46,341 nt of DNA from Chloroflexota bacterium (GTDB lineage Bacteria > Chloroflexota > Dehalococcoidia > E44-bin15), in NCBI GenBank assembly GCA_015222405.1, contig JADFVG010000057.1, positions 1-46,341 on the forward strand, written 5' to 3'. Shown in pieces: positions 1 through 8,755 of this stretch (position 1 is its first letter; each line of letters begins with the position of its first letter). The notes under the pieces were generated by a model. The model had not been told where the DNA came from, did not search any database, and was given only the letters and a program-made list of their open reading frames with translations. The translations under genes and the position numbers were made by a program.

Positions 1-446
1 AATACCAACGCTTCGTTAGGGCAATTAGCCACACAAACCGGCACCTCATGCTCAGGGCAAAGGTCACACTTGGCGACGACTTTCCTGTTCCCATCTCTTA
101 TCAATACTCCATAGGGGCAGGCTATTATGCAGGTCCAGCACCCAATGCACTTATCTGGATCAACGGCGACTATTCCGGTTATAGGATCCCTGTGCATGGC
201 GCCGGTGAGGCAGGAATAGACACACCAGGGCTCAGCGCAGTGACGACATTGAACGGCGAAGCAAATCTCCCCCTTCCTCTCCACGTGGATGCGAGGCAGG
301 GGGCGAGGAATTTCTCTCTTGAACGCCTTGAGTATATCCTTCGACTGAGAATGTTCCGTCTGGCAGTAGACCCGGCAAAGGCCACAGCCAATACAAACAT
401 TCTCTCTTATATAGACCTTCCTCAACCTTTAGTCTCCTATCGTTAA
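1..446 (+). CDS. hypothetical protein, probably the 3' portion of a gene that starts upstream of the window
   Basis: The frame of ORF 48..446 stays open back to base 3 with no in-frame stop, so the Met at 48 need not be the start. No motif recognised. Confidence 0.35.
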   Translation, partial: YQRFVRAISHTNRHLMLRAKVTLGDDFPVPISYQYSIGAGYYAGPAPNALIWINGDYSGYRIPVHGAGEAGIDTPGLSAVTTLNGEANLPLPLHVDARQGARNFSLERLEYILRLRMFRLAVDPAKATANTNILSYIDLPQPLVSYR

Positions 447-1109
447 GTGGCGGTAGGCGGCAACCGCTTTCCGCATGCCAAATACTACCACACTGTTTCC
501 ATGTTGTCAATACCCCTCTGCGTTCCCGTCCAATTAACAATATGCCCAAATTGCCGCTCCAATTAAAGAATGGGCTGGACAACGTTGTAGCATCCTGCCC
601 GCTCCAACTCTGAGCTTCTAGTTTTCAAAATGGCATAGTTGCCTAGGCCTACGTTAAAGGGTGCAAAGGCTATTCCCTATATCAAGAGTCAGGCCTGACA
701 TATAGGCTAGAAGGGCAAAGTATCCGGATATTGCCTTTAACAGGGCCTATGGTCTTCCCTGATCTTTGCTTGGGGGGTTCTTGTTAAGGAGAATTGGCGG
801 CCGACCATATTTGGTATTTGCCGCATCTCTCAGGTAACAATCGTCCAGAATGTGCAATGCAATAACAATAAATAGACGCGGTTACCGTGACATGCCCTTT
901 ACCCTGCCCTTTGGTCTACTCGGCAAGGGTCGTTGATTGCACATTTTGACGCATTGTGCAACGCCCCTAGCTGGTTGGAGTTGGTCGTTTCACTAGTCGA
1001 CTAATCCACCCACGGTACGCAGATCTGCTATAATAGGGATAGCTTAGACTTGATCGCATTATTGAAAGATCGGCCTTCAAATTGCTGACCGGGGAGGGCG
1101 TTCATAAAC

Positions 1110-1208
1110 ATGGCACAGGTACTACGAAGCAAAAACCTGGCTACCAAATTTCAAATCTTGGTGGAGATAGCCGCAGGACAGCCCGACCGGATCTTCAAGA
1201 GGGGGTGA
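1110..1208 (+). pseudogene. 32-codon ORF resembling the N-terminus of a winged-helix regulator; possible 5' remnant of a decayed gene
   Basis: ATG at 1110 with GGGGAGGG about 11 nt upstream. Peptide MAQVLRSKNLATKFQILVEIAAGQPDRIFKRG ends at TGA 1206-1208. From memory, KNLATKFQILVEIA resembles N-termini of HTH+CBS regulators. No downstream frame continues the similarity. Confidence 0.2.
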
Positions 1209-2102
1209 GCGGAGAATGCAGCTGCCAGTAAGCCGAAGGGACAACCAGATGTCCTGACTAGGGCTTGCTGGCTCCTTGTGGCGGGACTTCGGACGGGTCA
1301 GAGTAAGGCCAAGGCGTTGATAAAGCCGGAGGCAGGCAAGGCTATTGCTGCTCATCGCCCGCCCCCGGCAGCACACTGCATGGATTGGCTACCAATGCGC
1401 AGAGCGTGGGCTTGTTGGCCTGCCACGATCTCTATGGGGAAGAATTTGGGGCTAAGAGAGGTTGTTCCAAGAGCACTTGGGCCACGCCAGCTTCAATACT
1501 ACGGCGAAGTACCGAGAAGTTGCCGGGGAAGAGCATCGGGAGTGGTACGAGAGGCTGCGGGAAAAAGGAGAGGCGAGTGGTTGAACCTTTGAGGCCAACG
1601 AGGGGCGGTCTCCCTCAGGGGAGTGAGGGCCCCTAGATTACTGTTGACGGGCTGTAGGACAAGGTATCTCCGCCCACGGTAGCGAGAGGGTCTCTCGGGA
1701 ACAGCCACTTTATCAGAATATCCATGTCCCCTTGCTGACGCCTGACCCATATTGTCCCCTGGGCATCCAAGGCAATGTGGTCTACGGGCAAAAGGACGAT
1801 GGCACCTCTCCAGGCCCTAGTCAGCGGTGCCGCTAAGGTACCTCTTAAGACCATTGCCACTGCTTTTTCGACGTATGCCCCAACATCTACTATGCCTGTC
1901 TTAAAGACTGCGTGGAAGCTATAAGGAACGCCTTGCGCATGATACGGTTCGCGATGCCACCGGGGCTGGGGCGCACCGCCGTTGACAGGACTCGTCTCCA
2001 TGTTTAGACTCTTACATTAGAGATCGCTAGGTGCATTGGTCTCACGATTGAGGACGAAATTGTAAATTCCCAGTTGTGTAAGCTGAGAAAGGAGAAATAG
2101 AT

Positions 2103-3275
2103 ATGGACTTTAGGTATAGCCCAGAAGACGAAGCCTTTAGAAAGGAGGTCAGAGACTGGATTAAAGAAAACCTACCTGAAAGCTGGGCCACTGAGCAAGA
2201 AGCTCTCGGGATCAGTGAGGATAGCTTCCAAATGGCACTAGAGTGGCAAAAGCGATTATATAAACGGGGATGGGTAGGCCTAACCTGGCCCAAGGAGTAC
2301 GGCGGTGGCGGCGGCACACTGATGCAACAGGTCATTCTGAGCGAAGAAATGGCAAAGGCTCGGGCACCAGGGATTGCCAACACTCTTGGTGTGGGCATGG
2401 CAGGCCCCACTATCTTGAGCTTCGGCACCGAGGAACAGAAGAAGCAGTTCATCCCCAAGATACTGTCTGGAGAGGAGATATGGTGTCAGGGATTCTCAGA
2501 GCCGGACGCAGGCTCCGATTTGGCTAATCTTAAGGCACGCGCCATCAGGGATGGAGACTACTATGTGGTCAATGGCCAGAAGGTATGGTCCACGTTCGCT
2601 CAATATGGCGACCGGTGCCTGCTGCTGGTGAGAACTGACCCTGACGTCTTGCCCAAACATCGCGGGATCACATACCTGCTGATGGATATGAAGACTCCGG
2701 GAATCGAGGTTAAGCCGCTGAAGCAAATGACCGGCGACTCTGAATTCAATGAGATGTTCTTGGACAACGTGCGGGTGCCGGTATCGAACCGACTTGGTGA
2801 AGAGAACCGAGGCTGGTATGTGGCTATGGGCACCTTGGCCTTTGAAAGAGCGGGAATGGGACAGGCGATAATGTTCAAACAGGTATTAAATGAAATATTT
2901 AGATTGGCGGCAAAAACTAAACGAAACGGCATTCCGGCGATAAAAGATTCCACCATTCGGCAGAGACTGGCTCAATGTGCCATCGAGTGCGAGATTATGA
3001 GGCTCAACAGCTATCGAAGTTTGTCCACATCGCTGAAGGGGGGGGGCCCAGGGCCGGAAGAGATGTTCAGCAAGCTTTTCTGGAGCGAGATGAATCAACG
3101 AATGACCGAGTTGGCGGCGCAGATCCTGGGAATTGATTCTGTGATAGAAGGCGAGGGGGAAGCTCAACTCTGGCAATACCGTTTCTTGCGGTCAAGAGGT
3201 AACACACTTGAGCAGGGCAGCTCGGAAATCCTAAGGAACGTTATCGGTGAAAGAGTTCTGGGCATTCCCAGATAA
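2103..3275 (+). CDS. acyl-CoA dehydrogenase family protein (390 aa)
   Basis: Full-length ORF with GAAAGGAG upstream. Typical ACAD strings: EWQKRLYKRGWVGLTWPKEYGG, CQGFSEPDAGSD, YVVNGQKVW, C-terminal EQGSSEILRNVIGERVLG. Confidence 0.9.
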   Translation: MDFRYSPEDEAFRKEVRDWIKENLPESWATEQEALGISEDSFQMALEWQKRLYKRGWVGLTWPKEYGGGGGTLMQQVILSEEMAKARAPGIANTLGVGMAGPTILSFGTEEQKKQFIPKILSGEEIWCQGFSEPDAGSDLANLKARAIRDGDYYVVNGQKVWSTFAQYGDRCLLLVRTDPDVLPKHRGITYLLMDMKTPGIEVKPLKQMTGDSEFNEMFLDNVRVPVSNRLGEENRGWYVAMGTLAFERAGMGQAIMFKQVLNEIFRLAAKTKRNGIPAIKDSTIRQRLAQCAIECEIMRLNSYRSLSTSLKGGGPGPEEMFSKLFWSEMNQRMTELAAQILGIDSVIEGEGEAQLWQYRFLRSRGNTLEQGSSEILRNVIGERVLGIPR

Positions 3276-3294
3276 CGGAAAGGAGATAGCGGCA

Positions 3295-4446
3295 GTGGAA
3301 TTCACGCTTAATGAAGAACAGCAAATGCTGAAGGGAATCGCCCGTGATTTCTTGGAGAATAGATGTCCCAAGGCCCATGTTCGCGACATGCTGACCGATG
3401 AAAAGGGATACTCCCCGGAGCTGTGGCAAGATATGGCTGAGCTAGGCTGGCAGGGGCTGATGCTACCCGAGGAATATGGCGGCACCGGCGGCGACTTTGT
3501 CGATATGGTAGTGCTTATCGAGGAAATGGGCAGGGCATTGTTACCCGGTCCTTTCATTCCCACAGTGGTCTATGGTGGAGTGGCAATACTGCAGGCAGGC
3601 ACCAGTGAGAAGAAAAACGAACTTCTGCCTCGGATAGCTCAGGGAGAGCTGAGCTTGACCCTCGCCTTGCAAGAGTCATCAGAGCGCTTTGATGCTGAGG
3701 GAGTCGCGGCAGAAGCTGTGGAAAAGGAGGATCACTATATCTTGAGCGGCACCAAGATCCTTGTTCCCTATGCCCATGTAGCTGATTACATCCTCTGTGT
3801 TTGCAGAAGTAGAAGCAGCAGCGATGCAGAGGATGGCATCAGCCTCTTTCTCGTGGATGCCGAGGGCGAGGGAATTTCCTGCATCACCAGGACTACTTTC
3901 GACGGCAGGAAGCTATGCGACGTGAAGCTGGGCGAGGTGAAGGTGTCGAAGGCAAACCTGCTTGGCGAACCCCATGGCTGCTGGCCCCTGGTCAAGAGAC
4001 TGGTAGACCACGGCTCTGTGGCTATGTGTGCCGAGGCTATTGGTGGTGCCCAAATGGCGATGGAAATGAGCATCAGCTACGCCAAAGAACGAATACAGTT
4101 CGGCAGGCCCATAGGTACCAACCAGGCAATAAAACATAAGTGCGCCAATATGTTCGTAGATGTCGAATGCGGCCGGTCTATTATGTATTGGGCAGCTTGG
4201 GCTGTGGATGAGGGTGTACCAGAGGCTTCGCTGGCTGTTCCAATGGCCAAGTCATGGTGTTGCGACACTTATCGTCGAGTAGCGGCGGATTCGATTCAGG
4301 TACATGGTGGTATCGGTTTCACCTGGGATCATGATATCCCCCTCTACTTTAAGCGGGCGAAAACTCTGGAATATACTTTCGGGGACTGCGATTACCAACG
4401 GGAAATAGTTGTCCGAGAGCTAGAAAGGCAGTTGGCCTCAGGCTAG
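3295..4446 (+). CDS. acyl-CoA dehydrogenase family protein, second subunit-like copy
   Basis: ACAD-like strings: LNEEQQMLKG, ELGWQGLMLPEEYGG, IQVHGGIGFTWDHDIPLYFKRAK. I moved the start from the track ATG 3247 to GTG 3295: AGGAG lies 9 nt upstream, which removes the overlap with the previous gene (stop at 3275). Confidence 0.85.
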   Translation: MEFTLNEEQQMLKGIARDFLENRCPKAHVRDMLTDEKGYSPELWQDMAELGWQGLMLPEEYGGTGGDFVDMVVLIEEMGRALLPGPFIPTVVYGGVAILQAGTSEKKNELLPRIAQGELSLTLALQESSERFDAEGVAAEAVEKEDHYILSGTKILVPYAHVADYILCVCRSRSSSDAEDGISLFLVDAEGEGISCITRTTFDGRKLCDVKLGEVKVSKANLLGEPHGCWPLVKRLVDHGSVAMCAEAIGGAQMAMEMSISYAKERIQFGRPIGTNQAIKHKCANMFVDVECGRSIMYWAAWAVDEGVPEASLAVPMAKSWCCDTYRRVAADSIQVHGGIGFTWDHDIPLYFKRAKTLEYTFGDCDYQREIVVRELERQLASG

Positions 4447-4763
4447 GTTTCGCGGCGTTGCCGGAAGGATGCACGCGGCATGCTGGTCTCGTAGGTTATT
4501 ACGATGGTTATTGTTTCGCTTCTTGCCGGCTGGATTTCATATAGAATTGAGCTGAGACTGGTTGAATATGATCCCTGTTTCAGTGTAGCATTGGTAATGA
4601 GTTCTACTTCGCCAGATTACAGGCTAATTATCTAAATTTATCAGGTCTGGATAACTTCTGGCAAGATGAATGTTTTCAACATGTTATGCCCTAGTTCGAC
4701 AAAGTAGAATTGGGGCATACACAGAAAACGGCATAAGTCGCGTTTATTCCTTAGGAGGAGACA

Positions 4764-6974
4764 ATGAGTTCTGAAGAGATGACAAGTGGGGAGACAAAGA
4801 TCGTCAGGACCACGACTGCGTTCGACTGCGGTGGACGTTGCCCGCTTAGGCTTCATGTTAAGGATGGCAGGATCATCAGGGTCGAGGGCGACGACGCCCA
4901 GGAGCCAGAACAGCTAAGGGCCTGCTTGAGGTGTCGGGCCTATCGGCAGGAGGTCTATCACCCAGACCGCCTCAAATACCCCTTGAAAAGGATTGGGGCC
5001 AAGGGGGAAGGCAAGTTCGAACGCATTTCATGGGATGAAGCCTTGGAAACAATAGTCGGGGAGCTCAAACGAGTTAAGGACACCTATGGTAACCCGAGCA
5101 TTTTTTTGATGGGTGGTGGTGGGTATCTGGGTGCTCTCCATAGCGGCATCAGGGCCGCGGCTAAACTGCTCTCCATGTTCGGAGGTTACACCACCAGCTA
5201 TGGAAACGTTTCATCCGAAGGCTCTGTATGGGCGGTGATGGCCCAGTACGGCTCGGTCATGGTCGGCCACAGCCGGGAGGACTTTCTCAACTCCAAGTTG
5301 ATCATTATGTGGGGCTGGGATCCGGCGAGGATGATTTCGGGCACAAACACCACGTATCATCTCATCAGGGCTAAGGAAGCAGGGGTCAGGATTATCTCTA
5401 TTGACCCCAGGTACCATGATTCCGCCGCAATCATGGCCGACCAGTGGATACCGATCAGGCCCGGCACTGATACGGCCATGATGGTGAGCATGGCCTATGT
5501 GATGATTAAAGAAGGTCTCCATGATCAGGAGTTCTTGGACAAGTATACTGTCGGGTTCGACAAGTTCAGAGATTACGTTTTAGGCATTGAGGACGGGGTT
5601 GAGAAGACACCAGCCTGGGCTGAGGCGATTACCGGGGTTCCGGCGTCAACGATTGAGCAGCTGGCCAGGGAATATGCAACCACTAAACCCGCAGCCCTGA
5701 TGGACTGCCAAGGGCCAGCGCGCAGCGCCATGGGGGAGCAGTACAATCGCTGTGCCATGACCCTGACAGCCATGACCGGAAACATCGGCCGCCATGGTGG
5801 AAACGCAGCGGGTGGCCTGATGGGTATACCCATAGGGCACATGTTCCGCTCTTCCGGAATACCCGGTATAAGAAACCCTGTCGAGGCGGGTGGGCCTTCA
5901 GTTCGAGGCACCCTCGACTTACGGCTTCGCCTAGTTCAAAGGGTTCACATCAACAAGATATTTGACGCAATCCTAGAAGGAAAGGCTGGAGGATATCCAG
6001 CAGACATTAAGCTGGCGTGGTGCATTGCTGGCAACCCCTTGAATCAGCTCGGAAATAGCAATAAAGCCGCCCGGGCGCTAGAGGGTCTTGAGTTTTTCAT
6101 CGTTTCGGAGCTATTTATGAACCCCACAGCCAGATTTGCGGACATCGTACTGCCGGTAACTAGTGCCGCAGAGCGCAACGATCTCACCCGGCCCTGGCCC
6201 TCCGGCCCTTACTACACCTTTGTCAACAAGGCCATTGAACCATTGGGAGAATGCAAATCGGATCTTGAGATCGCCTGTGAGCTGGCGGAAAAGCTGGGCT
6301 TCAGCGACTTCAATCCTCTTTCGGAGGAGGAGTGGCTCAAGGCATTCGTCGAACAGAACCCAGAGACCGGCGAGCAGATCAAAGACTATGATAAATTCAG
6401 ACGCGAAGGCATCCACCGGGTCAAGCTTGCCGAACCCATCGTCGCCTTCAAGGAGGAGATTGAGAGCCCGGAAAACCACCCTTTTGCAACCCCTTCAGGA
6501 AAGATAGAAATCTTTTCTCAGCGGGCGGCAGACATCGATAACCCGCTCTGCCCACCTATTCCAAAATATGTAAGCACCTGGGAAGATCGGAACGACCCGC
6601 TGATAGAAAAGTATCCGCTCCAGCTTCTCTCTCCCCATCCCAAGAACAGGGTGCATTCCCATTTAAATGTTGCTTGGCTCAGGGAAATAGAACCCCATCG
6701 GGCCTGGATTAATCCAGTAGATGCGGAGCCCAGGGGGATTAAGGACGGCGATGAAATCTATGTTTTCAATGATCGAGGCAAGTTAGCCATCACGGCCTGG
6801 GTGACGGAGCGCATAATTCCCGGAGTGATCTGTATCTTTGAAGGTGCCTGGTATAATCCTGATAAAGAAGGCATCGACCGTGGCGGCTGCGTAAATGTTC
6901 TGACTAATGATGCCTACTCAGAAGGTGGAGCATCAGCGTTAAATACCGTACTAGTTCAGGTGAGTAAGGCCTGA
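4764..6974 (+). CDS. molybdopterin (bis-MGD) oxidoreductase catalytic subunit, DMSO-reductase superfamily, no Tat signal
   Basis: 736-aa ORF with AGGAGGAG upstream. The N-terminal MopB Fe-S region is DCGGRC-X27-CLRC. Family-typical strings: IIMWGWDP, GTDTAMM, and a C-terminal molybdopterin-binding barrel (INPVDAEPRGIKDGDEIYVFNDRG). There is no RR twin-arginine motif. Confidence 0.9.
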   Translation: MSSEEMTSGETKIVRTTTAFDCGGRCPLRLHVKDGRIIRVEGDDAQEPEQLRACLRCRAYRQEVYHPDRLKYPLKRIGAKGEGKFERISWDEALETIVGELKRVKDTYGNPSIFLMGGGGYLGALHSGIRAAAKLLSMFGGYTTSYGNVSSEGSVWAVMAQYGSVMVGHSREDFLNSKLIIMWGWDPARMISGTNTTYHLIRAKEAGVRIISIDPRYHDSAAIMADQWIPIRPGTDTAMMVSMAYVMIKEGLHDQEFLDKYTVGFDKFRDYVLGIEDGVEKTPAWAEAITGVPASTIEQLAREYATTKPAALMDCQGPARSAMGEQYNRCAMTLTAMTGNIGRHGGNAAGGLMGIPIGHMFRSSGIPGIRNPVEAGGPSVRGTLDLRLRLVQRVHINKIFDAILEGKAGGYPADIKLAWCIAGNPLNQLGNSNKAARALEGLEFFIVSELFMNPTARFADIVLPVTSAAERNDLTRPWPSGPYYTFVNKAIEPLGECKSDLEIACELAEKLGFSDFNPLSEEEWLKAFVEQNPETGEQIKDYDKFRREGIHRVKLAEPIVAFKEEIESPENHPFATPSGKIEIFSQRAADIDNPLCPPIPKYVSTWEDRNDPLIEKYPLQLLSPHPKNRVHSHLNVAWLREIEPHRAWINPVDAEPRGIKDGDEIYVFNDRGKLAITAWVTERIIPGVICIFEGAWYNPDKEGIDRGGCVNVLTNDAYSEGGASALNTVLVQVSKA

Positions 6975-6987
6975 GGGAGGATAGACC

Positions 6988-7554
6988 ATGCAGATTGGGT
7001 TCTATTTTGATCAGACCCGTTGCACAGGATGCGGCGCTTGTCAAGTAGCCTGTAAGGATTGGCATGACCTGCCGGCTGGACCCGAAAATTGGATCCGAGT
7101 CCTGTACACTGAAAAAGGGAAATTCCCGGATGTCTTTGTTAGCTACGTGGTTGCACCATGCTACCAATGCCTTGACCCCGTTTGTATTCCGGCCTGTCCA
7201 GTCGATGCTATCTCGAAAAGGGATGGGGACGGGATCGTGGTTGTGGATGGCGAAGTATGCTTGGGTAACAAGGAGTGTGACGTCAAATGCCTGAAAGCCT
7301 GCCCCTATAACGCCCCCCAGTTTGGGCCGGAGCTTGGTGCCAAAATGCGTATGTGCAACTTCTGCCTGGACAGGTGGTCAGATAACAAGCTGCCCATTTG
7401 TGTAGAGGCATGCCCCACGAGGGCCCTTGACGCTGGCCCCTTAGGTGAACTTAAGGCCAAATACGGCGACATCCAAGAGGCCGAAGGCTTTGCTTATTCC
7501 AACAGGACTAAACCGGCCGTTATCTTTAAACCAAAGCGTCTAAAGACCACCTAG
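6988..7554 (+). CDS. 4Fe-4S dicluster electron-transfer subunit (DmsB-like)
   Basis: CTGCGACQVACKD, CYQC..CIPACP, CLKACP and CNFC...CVEACP cysteine clusters. Starts 14 nt after the catalytic subunit, with GGGAGG as RBS. Confidence 0.9.
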   Translation: MQIGFYFDQTRCTGCGACQVACKDWHDLPAGPENWIRVLYTEKGKFPDVFVSYVVAPCYQCLDPVCIPACPVDAISKRDGDGIVVVDGEVCLGNKECDVKCLKACPYNAPQFGPELGAKMRMCNFCLDRWSDNKLPICVEACPTRALDAGPLGELKAKYGDIQEAEGFAYSNRTKPAVIFKPKRLKTT

Positions 7555-7583
7555 TAGCACGTGTTTGGCAATCCTGTTCGATG

Positions 7584-8108
7584 TCAGCAGGAATGGGACA
7601 GTACACAATTCATCGTTTTGTTGGGTCTGGAGTCAAAAGAGCCTGCCAACAAATCTAGGTGGTGACGCAGGGCGAAGGCGCTACCTGCTTGCCCTTTCTT
7701 AAGCCGGGCTGTTTCTGCCTGCAACTTCGCTGTTCTTTCTTCTGACTTAGCGATGCTTAGGTCGATTACGGCCATTATGAATCGCTCTGCTGCTATCCTC
7801 CCTGATTCCGACATTGGAATCCGTGGTTCAGATGGGGTGAATTCCCCCGATGCCAACCTCTCCTGATAGATTTCGTAGCAGCGATGCACTAACGAAGAGT
7901 TCAAGTCATCGGGTGTTAGACCCGAGTAGTCAATCACTGGGAGGAACCCATCGCTGCGCATTTTCCAAAGCATGCCCCTCCCAGTTGCTTGACCCATGTG
8001 GCGAAACCTTATGTGCCCGTTCAGCCCTTGGGTGGTGCGCATGAAAGCACCACAGATGGGGCATTGGACTGGCTTCCTAGTGTAGTGCGGTATCTCGGGT
8101 GATGGCAT
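7584..8108 (-). CDS. hypothetical protein with an N-terminal classical C2H2-type zinc finger and a coiled-coil-like C-terminus
   Basis: 174-aa ORF. CPICGAFMRTTQGLNGHIRFRH fits C-X2-C-X12-H-X4-H, with a hydrophobic F and L in near-consensus positions. The rest has no recognisable domain. Confidence 0.6.
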   Translation of the reverse strand: MPSPEIPHYTRKPVQCPICGAFMRTTQGLNGHIRFRHMGQATGRGMLWKMRSDGFLPVIDYSGLTPDDLNSSLVHRCYEIYQERLASGEFTPSEPRIPMSESGRIAAERFIMAVIDLSIAKSEERTAKLQAETARLKKGQAGSAFALRHHLDLLAGSFDSRPNKTMNCVLSHSC

Positions 8109-8444
8109 GTTACCCCTCTGATACCAATGTGAGCGAGTATAGTCACTGTAGTCAACAACATTCCGCTACTTATCGATGGCCTGCTCTTCATTCACCCGAT
8201 TGCTGTCCTGCTAGGACGTCTCGACGCCGGGGCAGCGGAGCTGGAGACGCTGCCCCGGTATCCGTATTGCTGAGTGCTAGTGCTGTAGGTATAGGTGTAT
8301 TCTGTCAAGAGGTTGACATGGAACGCCAATATGAGGCATCTTATAGGTACATCTGAGCCGCTTATTGTCGCGCCGATGATTTTCAAGAAAGGAGGAGAGA
8401 AGATGAAACGAGGAGCCACTGCTTTAACACGTCGCTCAGCTTTG

Positions 8445-8490
8445 TGGCGTCCCTGGAGGGATTCGAACCCACGACCCACTGCTTAGAAGG
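8445..8490 (-). repeat. 46-nt exact duplicate of the 3' half of tRNA-Arg(UCU), att-like direct repeat
   Basis: 8445-8490 is identical to 10352-10397 (CCA end through the anticodon loop plus one stem base). Identity ends abruptly on both sides. Confidence 0.9.
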
Positions 8491-8755
8491 TAGGCGACAC
8501 GTTTTGTGTTCTACGGTTACGATTTCGTATCTGTCTTCGCCCAAAACCCTGGGCAAAAACCAGCGAAGCAGTTGGTCTTTTTTCTAAATATCACCCCCTT
8601 CCTTTACGGTGAGGTACTCGCTTTCCTCCCTGCTCCCTGCTATGAGTTGAGGTTTGGCTCAGTGCGTGGTACAATTTATCAAAATTTGGGGTTTGAAAGA
8701 TGCTTGTTGGCCGCTTCTAATTTCCAAATGAGTTTTGATTATTGGGGGTGCAACA

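Noticed and set aside
1633-2001. 122-aa minus-strand ORF as a real gene
   Set aside because: No RBS and no recognisable domain. It overlaps other equally weak ORFs. It is left uncalled, though it could be real or part of a pseudogene.
1100-2040. Group II intron, RNase P RNA, tmRNA or cobalamin riboswitch in the ORF-poor left region
   Set aside because: I looked for GTGCG with a domain V hairpin, GAGGAAAGTCCGGGC, tmRNA ends and a B12 box on both strands. Only fragmentary chance-level resemblances turned up.
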